Shown here: positions 31,198 to 41,250 of the stretch, in pieces
How the letters are laid out: each line of letters opens with the position of its first letter
How positions within the stretch are numbered: position 1 is the first letter of the stretch
Assembly (NCBI GenBank): GCA_965248765.1
Contig: CBDFKF010000003.1
Span: 457,484-521,483 of the forward strand
DNA: 64,000 nt
DNA from: Alphaproteobacteria bacterium
GTDB lineage: Bacteria; Pseudomonadota; Alphaproteobacteria; VGEJ01
Reading direction: 5' to 3'
Position numbers and translations under genes: made by a program
The notes under the pieces: generated by a model
What the model saw: only the letters and a program-made list of their open reading frames with translations
The model's database searches: none
What the model was told of the DNA's origin: nothing

Positions 31198-32220
31198 ATG
31201 ACGGCACGAACCATGCCGAGTACCCACACGATCGAGGCCGTCTATACCCACACCGAGGGGGAGCCCACCTGCATCGTCCATAGCGGCATTCCGTGGCCGG
31301 CCGGCGATATTCTGGCAAAGCGCCGTTTCATCGAAACCGACTTCGACTGGCTGCGCCGCGCCTTGATGCAGGAGCCGCGCGGTCACAAGGACATGTTCGG
31401 CGTCTTCCTCGCACCGTCGACCGAGCCCGGCAGCAGCGGCGGCATGGTGTGGATGGATGGTCGCGGCTACATGCACATGTGCGGCCATGGAACGATCGGC
31501 CTTACGACCGCCATGGTGGCGGAGGGCTGGGTGACGGCGGAGGCGCCAACCACCTCCATCCGCCTCGAGAGTACGGCCGGACCGATCCACGCCGAGGTCG
31601 GCATCGAGGATGGCCGCGCCGTTTGGTGCCGCTTCGAGAACGTCCCCGCCTTCGTTGCCGAACAGGACGTGCCGCTTACGCTGCCCTATCACGGCGAGGT
31701 GCGCGCCGACATCGCCTTCGGCGGCAACTTCTTCGCGCTGATCCGTTGGGATCCCAAACAGCTGGCGATCTGCCCCGAAAACGGCCACCACTTCCGTCGG
31801 TTGGGCACGCTCGCGCGCGATCTCCTGGCGAGCAAAGTGCGCCTGCGCCACCCGACCGAACCCCATATCGCCGATCTGTATGTGGTCACCTTCTGGCACG
31901 ACTCGGTCCGTCCCGAGGCGCGTTACCGCTGCGTCCACGTGTTCGCCGACGGCCAGCTCGACCGCTCGCCGGGCGGCACCGGCACCAGCGCCATGATGGC
32001 CATGCTGGAAGCGCGGGGAGATCTGCGGGTAGGCGAAGTGCTGCACGCCGAAGGACTCCTGGGGAGCGGCACTTTCGAGGGGCGGTTGATCGGCGAGACC
32101 AGGCTGGGCAATCAGCGGGCCGTGGTGCCAACCATCAAAGGGACGGCGCATGTGCTCGGGCGCGCGACCTGGACCGTCGACCGCAATGACCGTGTCGGAT
32201 TGGGTTTCGAGATCAGTTGA
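31198..32220 (+). CDS. proline racemase superfamily protein (4-hydroxyproline epimerase / 3-hydroxyproline dehydratase-like)
   Basis: First catalytic motif MCGHG retained; second motif reads DRSPGGTGTSA (Gly where racemases/epimerases have Cys). Confidence 0.8.
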   Translation: MTARTMPSTHTIEAVYTHTEGEPTCIVHSGIPWPAGDILAKRRFIETDFDWLRRALMQEPRGHKDMFGVFLAPSTEPGSSGGMVWMDGRGYMHMCGHGTIGLTTAMVAEGWVTAEAPTTSIRLESTAGPIHAEVGIEDGRAVWCRFENVPAFVAEQDVPLTLPYHGEVRADIAFGGNFFALIRWDPKQLAICPENGHHFRRLGTLARDLLASKVRLRHPTEPHIADLYVVTFWHDSVRPEARYRCVHVFADGQLDRSPGGTGTSAMMAMLEARGDLRVGEVLHAEGLLGSGTFEGRLIGETRLGNQRAVVPTIKGTAHVLGRATWTVDRNDRVGLGFEIS

Positions 32221-32291
32221 GGCGTTTGCGCGCAGCCAGCACGCATAATAGCTTCGGTCGGTAGCGTCCAGACGGCGCCAAGGGCATCCCG

Positions 32292-34103
32292 TTGACCGAA
32301 TATCGCGCACCGCTCACCGACATGCGGTTCACACTCACCGATATCGTCGGGATCGAGGAAACCGGGCGGCTGCCGGGCCTGGGCTCTATGGGCACCGATG
32401 TTATCGATGCTGTTCTCGAGCAGGCCGGCAGGCTCGCCAGCGAGGTGATCGGACCGCTCAACGAAGTCGGTGATCGCGAGCGCAGCCGGCTTGAAAACGG
32501 CGCGGTCCGCACGCCGACTGGCTACCGCGAGGCGTATCAGGAGTTCATCGCCGGCGGCTGGAACGCGGCGCCGTTCGACACAGCGATCGGCGGCCAGGGG
32601 CTGCCGTGGTCGCTGACGATGGCGCTGTTCGAGATGTGGGAGGGCGCAAGCCTCGCCTTCAGCCTGTGCCCGACGCTGACCCAGGCCGCGATCGAATGCC
32701 TGAACCAGCACGGCAGCGAGGAGCTCAAGGCGCTCTATCTCGACAAGCTGGTCTCCGGCGTGTGGCCCGGCACCATGAACCTGACCGAGCCGCAGGCGGG
32801 CTCGGATCTCGGCACCATCGGCACCCGCGCCGAGCGATTCGGCGATCACTACCGGCTGCGCGGGACCAAGATCTTCATCACCTATGGCGATCATGACCTG
32901 GCCGAGAACATCGTCCACATCGTCCTCGCCCGATCGCCGGACGGCCCGCCAGGGGTCAGGGGGCTGAGCTGCTTTTTGGTTCCTAAGTTCATCGTCGAGC
33001 CGGACGGCTCGCTGGGCGCACGCAACGACGTCAAGCCGATTTCGCTCGAACACAAACTCGGCATCCACGGCTCGCCTACCCTGACGATGGCTTACGGCGA
33101 GGACGGGGGCGCCGTTGGCTATCTGCTTGGCGCGGAGAACGCTGGCATCGAGGTGATGTTCACGATGATGAACAACGCGCGCCTGCTGGTCGGCTTGGAA
33201 GGCGTGGGCCTCGCCGAGCGCGCCTATCAACAGGCGTTGGCGCATGCTCGCGAGCGGCAACAAGGCCGGCCTCGTGGTACCGATGCCGCGGTCAGCACCG
33301 CGATCATCGGGCACCCCGACGTGCGTCGGATGTTGATGCTGATGAAGGCCAAGACCGAAGCCGCGCGGGCCGTCGCCTACCTCGCAGCAAGCTGTCTCGA
33401 CCACGCGCGCCGCAATCCAGACGCGGAGGCGCGGTCCGCGAACCAGCGGCGACTCGATCTGCTCACGCCGGTGGTCAAGGCATGGTGTTCGGAGGTTGGG
33501 GTCGAGGTCACCTCGCTCGGCCTGCAAGTGCACGGCGGCATGGGCTACATCGAGGAGACGGGCGCGGCGCGGCTCTATCGTGACTCCCGGATCGTCCCGA
33601 TCTATGAGGGCACCAACGGCATTCAGGCCCTTGACCTGGTCGGCCGCAAGGTGCTGCCGGACGATGGCGCCGCCATGGCGGCGTTTCTTGGCGATGTGGA
33701 CGCGCTGATCGACGAACTGGGTACAGTAGCCGACGCGCCGGCACGAGACGGCGCGGCTGACTTGTCTGTCATACGGCGGGAGCTCGCCGCGGCGCGCGGC
33801 GCCCTCGAAGCCGCGACCAGCTGGCTCACGGGCGGCGCGGACGGGGTGTCATCGGCGGTCGCCGGCGCGACGCCATTCCTCCATCTGTTCGGCGCGGTCG
33901 CCGGCGGTCACGGCTTGGCGCGCGGTGCCATCGCCGCCATGCAGCATCTCGCGGACGGCAGCAACGACGCGTTCTATCGGGCGAAGATCACCACGGCCCG
34001 CTTCTATGCCGAGCAGATCTTGCCACCAGCAAGCGCGCTGCTCGGACCCATCACGCGCGGTACCGACACGCTGTTCGCGATCGCGCCGGAGCACATGGGC
34101 TAG
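32292..34103 (+). CDS. acyl-CoA dehydrogenase, long (~600 aa) AidB/FadE-like form
   Basis: N-terminal extension plus ACAD N/middle/C domains (...TEPQAGSDLG...IFITYGDHDL...YEGTNGIQALDLVGRK...). Confidence 0.8.
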   Translation: MTEYRAPLTDMRFTLTDIVGIEETGRLPGLGSMGTDVIDAVLEQAGRLASEVIGPLNEVGDRERSRLENGAVRTPTGYREAYQEFIAGGWNAAPFDTAIGGQGLPWSLTMALFEMWEGASLAFSLCPTLTQAAIECLNQHGSEELKALYLDKLVSGVWPGTMNLTEPQAGSDLGTIGTRAERFGDHYRLRGTKIFITYGDHDLAENIVHIVLARSPDGPPGVRGLSCFLVPKFIVEPDGSLGARNDVKPISLEHKLGIHGSPTLTMAYGEDGGAVGYLLGAENAGIEVMFTMMNNARLLVGLEGVGLAERAYQQALAHARERQQGRPRGTDAAVSTAIIGHPDVRRMLMLMKAKTEAARAVAYLAASCLDHARRNPDAEARSANQRRLDLLTPVVKAWCSEVGVEVTSLGLQVHGGMGYIEETGAARLYRDSRIVPIYEGTNGIQALDLVGRKVLPDDGAAMAAFLGDVDALIDELGTVADAPARDGAADLSVIRRELAAARGALEAATSWLTGGADGVSSAVAGATPFLHLFGAVAGGHGLARGAIAAMQHLADGSNDAFYRAKITTARFYAEQILPPASALLGPITRGTDTLFAIAPEHMG

Positions 34104-34212
34104 CTACCGCGTCGGCGCGCCACCCTGTGCCAGGAGCCGCGAGGACTATGGTGGTCATGCGCACTCGGCCTAGAATGCCGTCCGGGCGGCTCTCATCGCG
34201 AAAGGACACGCT

Positions 34213-34794
34213 ATGAAACGCAGGTTGGTGGCGGCTGTCGGGCTCTGCCTCCTCGCCGCACCAGTTCTGGCCGGCACCGAGGACGGCCGATACGTTATCA
34301 AAGGTGCCGGCAACGGCACCTGCCAGCGATTCGTGACGGAGCGCGAGGCCGAGTCGCAGGCCTACGCGCTATTCGGCGGCTGGCTCGCCGGCTACCTCAC
34401 CGCCTACAACCAGCTCTCCGAACAAACCTTTGACATCGCGCCGTGGCAGAACCTCGACCTACTCGCCGCCTTAATCGATAACTTCTGTCGCCAGAACCCG
34501 GACGTCCGTTTCATCGCGGCCGTCGGCTCCATGATCGTCCAGCTCCAGACCACCCGACTGCGCACCGCCTCGGAACAGATCGAGGCAACCGCCGGCGAAC
34601 ATACGATCACGATCTTTCGCAACGTTCTTCGCGATGTGCAACAGCTTCTCAAGGACCTCGGCTACTACGAGAGCGAGGTCGATGGTCTGTACGGCGAGGG
34701 CACGCGGCTCGCGCTCGAGAGTTATCAACAGGCCAAGGGTCTGGCCACGACAGGCGTGCCCGATCAACGCACGTTATTCCAGCTCTACCGCTAG
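34213..34794 (+). CDS. secreted protein with C-terminal peptidoglycan-binding (PG_binding_1-like) domain
   Basis: Signal peptide MKRRLVAAVGLCLLAAPVLAG; C-terminus LGYYESEVDGLYGEGTRLALESYQQAKGLATTGVPDQRTL is the PGBD pattern. Confidence 0.6.
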   Translation: MKRRLVAAVGLCLLAAPVLAGTEDGRYVIKGAGNGTCQRFVTEREAESQAYALFGGWLAGYLTAYNQLSEQTFDIAPWQNLDLLAALIDNFCRQNPDVRFIAAVGSMIVQLQTTRLRTASEQIEATAGEHTITIFRNVLRDVQQLLKDLGYYESEVDGLYGEGTRLALESYQQAKGLATTGVPDQRTLFQLYR

Positions 34795-34837
34795 AGCTCG
34801 CGTGATTGACGTTTACGTAAACGTAAAGTAAGACGGA

Positions 34838-35890
34838 GTGGTGGACCCCGAGCTTGAGTATCCGTTCGCCCTAGCGCCCGACTATGGCACCGTCACGGAG
34901 GTCGCCGACGGTGTCGGCTGGTTGCGTATGCCGCTGCCGTTTCAGCTCGACCACATCAACCTGTGGCTATTGCGGGACGGTCCCGGCTGGACGATCGTCG
35001 ACGCCGGCCTGCGTAGCCGCAAGGTCCAGGGCCTGTGGGAGCAGATACTCGCGACCGCCCTGGAGGGGCAACCAGTTCGGCGATTGATCGTCACCCATTT
35101 CCATCCCGATCATGCCGGCCTTGCCGGCTGGCTGTGCGAGCGCCTCAAGGTCCCGTTGTGGATGCCGCGGACCGAGTGGCTTTATGCGCGGATGCTGACC
35201 TTGGATGCGCCGGAGGAGGTGCCCGACGACGTCATCGCCTTCTATCGCAGCGCCGGGTTCGAAGAGCCGATGTTGGCGATGATGCGGGCCGCCGGCTACG
35301 CCCACTACCGCAAAGGTGTCGCACCACTGCCCCGGCAGTTCCGCCGGCTGCAGGATGGCGATGCGATCGATATCGATGGGCGCGCCTGGCAGATCATGGT
35401 CGGCACCGGGCACAGCCCGGAACACGCCTGTCTCTATTGTAGCGAGCTCGGCGTGCTGATCGGCGGCGATCAGCTGCTTGCGAAGATATCGCCGCACATC
35501 GGGGTCTATCCGACCGAGCCCGAAGCCAATCCTCTCCAGGACTATCTAGGCTCGCTGCCGCGCTTCCGCCATCTGCCGGCCGAAACCTTGGTGCTGCCAT
35601 CACACATCCTGCCCTATCGCGGCGTGCACAAGCGGCTCGCTTCGCTGGCGGCGCACCATGAGGAACGCCTGGGCCGCCTCAAACGCGCGTGTGCGACACC
35701 ACACACCGCCACTGAGCTCGTGCCGATATTGTTCGACCGCAAGCTCGACGCGATGGGCTTCTATATGGCGACCGGCGAGACGCTGGCCCACCTCAACCAC
35801 CTGCGCGCGGACGGTGTGATCGAGCGGCACAGCGAGCCCGGTAGCGTGGATCGCTACCGGCTCAGCGCCCGCGCCGCCGACGCCGCCTGA
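34838..35890 (+). CDS. MBL-fold metallo-hydrolase (lactonase/glyoxalase-II-like)
   Basis: THFHPDHAG (HxHxDH) followed by downstream His ligands (GTGHSPEH, PSHILPY). Confidence 0.75.
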   Translation: MVDPELEYPFALAPDYGTVTEVADGVGWLRMPLPFQLDHINLWLLRDGPGWTIVDAGLRSRKVQGLWEQILATALEGQPVRRLIVTHFHPDHAGLAGWLCERLKVPLWMPRTEWLYARMLTLDAPEEVPDDVIAFYRSAGFEEPMLAMMRAAGYAHYRKGVAPLPRQFRRLQDGDAIDIDGRAWQIMVGTGHSPEHACLYCSELGVLIGGDQLLAKISPHIGVYPTEPEANPLQDYLGSLPRFRHLPAETLVLPSHILPYRGVHKRLASLAAHHEERLGRLKRACATPHTATELVPILFDRKLDAMGFYMATGETLAHLNHLRADGVIERHSEPGSVDRYRLSARAADAA

Positions 35891-35898
35891 AGCCGGCC

Positions 35899-36720
35899 AT
35901 GGCCAACCTCGGCGGCAAGACGCTATTGATCACCGGAGCCTCGCGTGGCATCGGCAAGGCAATCGCGCTTCGTGCCGCCGCCGATGGCGCCAACATCGCG
36001 ATAATCGCCAAGACCGTCGAGCCGCACCCGAAGCTGCCTGGCACCATTCACAGCGCCGCGGCGGAGATCGAGGAGGCCGGCGGCAAGGCACTTGCGCTGG
36101 CGGTGGACATTCGCTTCGAGGATCAGATCGCTACCGCCGTGGCACGCACGATCGAGACGTTCGGTCGTCTCGATGTGCTCGTCAACAACGCGAGCGCCAT
36201 TAGCCTGACCAGCACCCCGCAGACACCGCTCAAGCGCTTCGATCTGATGTTCGGCGTCAATGTGCGCGGCACCTTCGCTTGCTCGCAGGCCTGCCTCCCG
36301 CACCTCAAGCTGGCGCCGAACCCACACATCCTCAACATCGCGCCGCCACTCAACATGGAGGCGAAGTGGTTCCAGAACCACGTCGCCTACACCATGGCGA
36401 AGTACGGCATGAGCCTCTGTGTGCTCGGCATGGCCGAGGAGTTCCGGGCTGACGGTATCGCCGTTAACGCCTTGTGGCCGCGCACCGTAATCCTGACGGC
36501 AGCGCTCCAAATGATTGGTGCGCCGATCAAGCCGGAGAACTGCCGCATCCCCGAAATCGTCGCCGATGCCGCGCACCACGTCCTGTGCCGCGACGCCAAG
36601 GAGACGACCGGCAAATTCTTCATCGATGACGAGGTGCTGGCCGAGGCCGGAGTCTCCGACATTGAACAGTACCGGGCGGCCCCGGGCGGCACCCTGCTCC
36701 CCGACTTCTTCCTCGACTGA
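35899..36720 (+). CDS. SDR family NAD(P)-dependent oxidoreductase
   Basis: TGASRGIGKAIA (TGxxxGIG), NNAS, YxxxK region. Confidence 0.8.
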   Translation: MANLGGKTLLITGASRGIGKAIALRAAADGANIAIIAKTVEPHPKLPGTIHSAAAEIEEAGGKALALAVDIRFEDQIATAVARTIETFGRLDVLVNNASAISLTSTPQTPLKRFDLMFGVNVRGTFACSQACLPHLKLAPNPHILNIAPPLNMEAKWFQNHVAYTMAKYGMSLCVLGMAEEFRADGIAVNALWPRTVILTAALQMIGAPIKPENCRIPEIVADAAHHVLCRDAKETTGKFFIDDEVLAEAGVSDIEQYRAAPGGTLLPDFFLD

Positions 36721-36831
36721 CGCTTGTCGCTCCGGATCGGCGCCGGCCCATCGCTATTCGGGGCCCGGTGGCGGGCCGAGCGTGTTCGCACTAACATGAG
36801 CCCAACCGAGGCAGGAGAGCGGAGGCGCACC

Positions 36832-38523
36832 ATGAGCACCGATCCTTGGTTCAACGCGTACCCACCAGATGTCGATTGGCACGCCGAGATTCCGGCACGG
36901 CCGCTTTACGCGTTGCTCGACGACGCTGCCCACCGGTTTCCCAGCCACCGGTGCATCGACTTCATGGGTCGCAAGTTCACCTTTGCCGACGTCGCTCGGC
37001 AGGTCGAGCATGCTGCGAGCGGCTTCCAACGGCTCGGCGTCGGCAAGGGGACCAAGGTCGGGCTGTTTCTGCCCAACTGTCCGCAGTTCGTCGTTGCCTA
37101 CTACGGCATCCTCAAGGCCGGCGGCACGGTGGTGAACTTCAGCCCGCTCTATTCGGAACAGGAGATCCTCCACCAGGTCGAGGACTCCCAGGCCGACATC
37201 ATGGTCACCCTGAACCTCAAACAGCTCTACCCGAAGATGGCATCGATGCTGCGCCAGAGCAGGGTGCGCCAGCTAGTCGTCGGCACCCTGCCCGAGGTGC
37301 TGCCGTTTCCGAAGAGCCTTCTCTACCCGATCGTCAAAGGCAGAGACATCGCCAAGGTCCCGAACGACCGCGAGCACACCTCGTTCAGGGAGCTACTGCA
37401 CAATGACGGCTCGTACGAGCCGGCCCCCCTCGACCCTGAGAAAGATGTCGCGGTCCTCCAGTACACCGGCGGCACCACCGGGGTCTCCAAAGGGGCCATG
37501 CTCACCCACGCCAACCTCTACATCAACACCCAGCAGACGGCACTGTGGTTCACCGACGTCGAGCCCGGTGCCGAGCGTATCCTTGGGGTGTTGCCATTCT
37601 TTCACGTGTTCGCCATGACCGTGGTCATGAACCAAGGTATCCACATCGGCGCCGAGATCATCATGCACCCGCGGTTCGAACTGGAGGCGGTGCTGAAGGA
37701 CATCGTTGCCAAGAAGCCGACGCTGATGCCGGGCGTCCCGACGATGTTTGCGGCGATCAACAACCATCCGAAGCTCTCCGATTTCGACGTCAGCTCGCTC
37801 AAGGGCTGCATCTCGGGCGGCGCACCGCTGCCACTTGAGGTCAAGCAGCGCTTCGAGGAACGCTCGGGCTGCAGTGTGTTCGAAGGCTACGGGCTGACGG
37901 AGTGCTCGCCCGTGGCATCGGCCAACCCGATGCAGGGGTCGAGCAAGGAGAACTCGATCGGCCTCCCCGTCCCCGGCACTCGCATCGTCATCACCGACCG
38001 CGACGATCCGCACAAGGTGCTGCCGCTCGGTGAGACCGGTGAAATCTGCATCGAGGGGCCGCAGGTAATGGCCGGGTATTGGCGCAACGACGAGGCAACC
38101 GAGAAAACCATCGTCGACGGCCGACTGCACACTGGCGACGTCGGCTACATCGACGAGGACGGCTACACCTTCATCCTCGACCGCATAAAGGATCTGATCC
38201 TCACTGGCGGCTTCAACGTGTATCCGCGCAATGTCGAGGAAGCGATCTATCAGCACCCCGGCGTTTCCGAGTGCACCGTGATCGGCGTTCCCGACGATTA
38301 TTACGGGCAGTCCGTCAAGGCCTTCGTCAAACTCGGGGAGAGCCAGACTTTGACGGCCGATGAGCTCACCGACTTTCTAAAGGACAACCTCGGCAAACAC
38401 GAGATCCCGAAGCACATTGAGTTCCGTGCCGAGCTCCCCAAGACGATGATCGGCAAGCTCTCAAAGAAGGAGCTGGTGGCCGAGGAGATGGAGAAGTACC
38501 AGAAGGCCAAGGCTGCCGAGTAA
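36832..38523 (+). CDS. long-chain fatty-acid--CoA ligase (AMP-dependent synthetase/ligase)
   Basis: YTGGTTGVSKGAMLTH AMP-binding motif, GYGLTE, ...TGDVGYIDEDGYTFILDRIKDLI...; GGAGG before ATG at 36832. Confidence 0.85.
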   Translation: MSTDPWFNAYPPDVDWHAEIPARPLYALLDDAAHRFPSHRCIDFMGRKFTFADVARQVEHAASGFQRLGVGKGTKVGLFLPNCPQFVVAYYGILKAGGTVVNFSPLYSEQEILHQVEDSQADIMVTLNLKQLYPKMASMLRQSRVRQLVVGTLPEVLPFPKSLLYPIVKGRDIAKVPNDREHTSFRELLHNDGSYEPAPLDPEKDVAVLQYTGGTTGVSKGAMLTHANLYINTQQTALWFTDVEPGAERILGVLPFFHVFAMTVVMNQGIHIGAEIIMHPRFELEAVLKDIVAKKPTLMPGVPTMFAAINNHPKLSDFDVSSLKGCISGGAPLPLEVKQRFEERSGCSVFEGYGLTECSPVASANPMQGSSKENSIGLPVPGTRIVITDRDDPHKVLPLGETGEICIEGPQVMAGYWRNDEATEKTIVDGRLHTGDVGYIDEDGYTFILDRIKDLILTGGFNVYPRNVEEAIYQHPGVSECTVIGVPDDYYGQSVKAFVKLGESQTLTADELTDFLKDNLGKHEIPKHIEFRAELPKTMIGKLSKKELVAEEMEKYQKAKAAE

Positions 38524-38569
38524 GCCGCAGCTTGAGGGACGGATTCCATACGGCCCGGACCGCGGCCAG

Positions 38570-40325
38570 CTAATCGACGAGACCGGCCTTGCGCACGCCG
38601 TCCATCACGTGATCCAAATCTTCGCCATTTCGGTAAGGAAGGAAGCCAACCATCCCGGATACGTTGATCCGCGGATTGATCCTCTGCACCTCAGCCACAG
38701 CGGAGCCGGCCTCGTCGCGCAGACCGAGGTGGGCATACGCCGCCGCCGCGAAAAGGTGGTTGGGCATAAAATCTCGAAACCGCTCCGTGGACCTGCGCAG
38801 GGCCACCGCGGCGTCCTCGTAGTGGCGCGCCTGAAAGTAAGCGTGGCCGAGCGCCCATAGATACACGGGCGGATAGTGCGGGTTGCCGCGCTGGGCCCGC
38901 AGGATCAGCCCGATCGCCTCGTCCGGCTCGCCGGACCAGCCCCAGGTTGAAATAGCCGTCCGGATCGTTCGGATCGAGGTCGATCGCGCGACGCGCCTCG
39001 ATCACAGCGTCGTCGTGCTGCTTTCGCCACAGCAAGACCTGCGAAAGGATCATGCGTGCGAGCGGAAGCGTATCGTCGAGGGCGATTGCCCGCGTCGCGA
39101 ACTCGTAGGCCGGATCGAGCGTCTCCTCCGGCTTGAGATTCCAGCGCTGATGCCAGGGGATCAGGTAGGTGGCGGCGATACCCGAGTAGGCCCGCGCGAA
39201 ACCGCCGTCGAGCTCTACTGCCCGCCGGAACCACTCCTGCGCCTTCGCCATGCCCTCCTCTGTGTACAGGCTCAGCTGGTCGCGCCCGCGCAAGGTACAG
39301 TCATAGGCCTCGAGGTTATCCGTGCCGCGGCGCGCGACACGCTCCTCTTCCTCGGGGCTCAAATGGACCTTGAGCGCGGCGACGATCTCGCCGCTGAGCT
39401 CGTCCTGGAGATCGAATATGTCGCCCAGCGCTCGGTCGTAACGTTCGGCCCATAGATGGTGTCCGGTCTCGGCGTCTATGAGCTGCGCTGTCACCCGTAC
39501 GCGCTCGCCGGCGCGCCGGACACTGCCCTCGAGCACGTAGCGCACGCCGAGGTCGCGCGCGACCTCCTACACCTTCACCGAGCGCCCCTTGTAGGTGAAG
39601 CTCGAGTTGCGGGCGATGACGAACAGACCGGCGATCTTGGAGAGGGTTGTGATGATGTCCTCGGACATGCCGTCGGCGAAGTAGCCTTGCTCGGGATCGC
39701 CACTCATGTTGTCGAACGGGAGAACGGCAATGGAGGGGTGCTCCGAAGCGGCCTGCGGCGCAGGAGACGCCCCGCGACCACTCTCACCATCGCCGAGATC
39801 GACATCGAAAACGTGAACCGCTTTGTCCATGTTCTTGACGGTGCGCCGACCGAGATCGCGGAAGGCGTGCGGCAGCTTGCCCTGGGCGTGCTCGACGACA
39901 GTGCCCGATACGTAGACCCGACCCGGAGAGGCGATCTCCTGCAGTCGCGCCGCCAGGTTGACACCGTCGCCGTAGATGTCGTCGTCCTGAATGATCACAT
40001 CGCCGAGGTTGACGCCGGCGCGAAACTCAATCCGCCGCTCGACTGATACATCATGGTTCTGCACGCGCATCGCGCGTTGAAAGGCAACGGCACAGTTAAG
40101 CGCGTCGACGACACTGGAGAACTCGACCAACAGGCCATCGCCGGTGGTCTTGACGATGCGCCCGTTGTGATGCGCGACCGTGGGCTGGATCAGCTCGTCG
40201 TGGAGCGCCGTGAGTGCGGCGAGCGGTCCCGATTCATCTGCGCCCATGAGCCGGCTGTAGCCGACCACATCGGTGCTGAGAATCGCCGCCAGACGGCGCG
40301 TCTCGGCCACTACCGCCACGCCCAT
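38570..40325 (-). pseudogene. class III adenylate/guanylate cyclase with TolB-like and TPR regions, disrupted by an in-frame TAG (39567-39569, reverse strand) and a frameshift in a C/G homopolymer near 38938-38946
   Basis: Three co-linear ORFs align end-to-end with the intact paralog at 51872..53602 (cyclase domain ...VKTTGDGLLVEF...; then RYVLEGSVRRAGERVRV...; then YLWALGHAYFQARHYEDA...). Confidence 0.7.
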
Positions 40326-40457
40326 TCCATTCAGCGACTCTAGGAGGCAGCCAATAGTGTGTCCACTTGGAGGGGTGTCCGCTGCTGGCGGAGGTCACCG
40401 CTTGGCCGGTCAGCGTGCTATAGTCAGACCGTTGCGGCACCTGACAAGGCGATACCC

Positions 40458-41228
40458 ATGACATCGGCCGAGATCATCGACATTGACGGCGATACGACTT
40501 CCGAATGCGTGCTCAGGGTCCAGCTCGCGGCGGCTTATCGATTGGTGGACTACTTCGGCTGGACCGAGCTGATTTACGGCCACCTCACGGTGCGAGTCCC
40601 GGGGCCTGAGCGACACTTCCTCATCAACCCCTACGGGCTCAATTATGACGAGGTCACCGCCTCGAACCTCGTCAAGATTGACTGCGACGGCAACATCATC
40701 GGCAACACCGAGTATCCGGTGAACGCCGCTGGCTTCGTCATCCACTCGGCGATCCACATGGCAGACACCGCCAACAAATGCGTGATGCACACCCACAGCC
40801 GCGCGGGCATGGCGATTGCCGCGATCAAAGAAGGCCTGCAGCAGGTCAGCATGTGTGCGACCACCTTCTACGGGCAAATTGCCTACCACGATTTCGAAGG
40901 GCCCAGCCTGCACCTCGACGAGCGCGAGCGCCTGCTTGCCGACCTCGGTGGCAAAAAGGCGATGATCCTGCGCAACCATGGCCTACTGACCGTCGGCAAA
41001 ACGGTGGCCGAGACGTTCGTGCGCCTCCACCGGCTTGAGCGCGCCTGCCAAGTGCAGCTCGACGCGGCTGCGGCAGGTACCCTCAACCACCTGGCGACCG
41101 AGGTCTCACGCAAGGCCCATGAGGACACCCAGGCGTTCGTCGATCAGGAAGGCTATGGGCCCGGTGCGCTGGAGTACGCGGCGCTCGTCCGCAAGGTCGA
41201 TAAGATCGATCCGACCTACAGCACCTGA
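40458..41228 (+). CDS. class II aldolase/adducin domain protein
   Basis: ...HLTVRVPG...HTHSRAGMAIAA...RNHGLLTVGKT... class II aldolase fold motifs. Confidence 0.75.
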   Translation: MTSAEIIDIDGDTTSECVLRVQLAAAYRLVDYFGWTELIYGHLTVRVPGPERHFLINPYGLNYDEVTASNLVKIDCDGNIIGNTEYPVNAAGFVIHSAIHMADTANKCVMHTHSRAGMAIAAIKEGLQQVSMCATTFYGQIAYHDFEGPSLHLDERERLLADLGGKKAMILRNHGLLTVGKTVAETFVRLHRLERACQVQLDAAAAGTLNHLATEVSRKAHEDTQAFVDQEGYGPGALEYAALVRKVDKIDPTYST

Positions 41229-41250
41229 AGGCCGCCTGGCCGCGGGCGGC

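Noticed and set aside
38570-40325. Possibility that the three cyclase-like ORFs are separate small genes
   Set aside because: They are co-linear with the intact paralog over its whole length. The breaks are a single TAG and a 1-nt shift, so pseudogene is the better interpretation.
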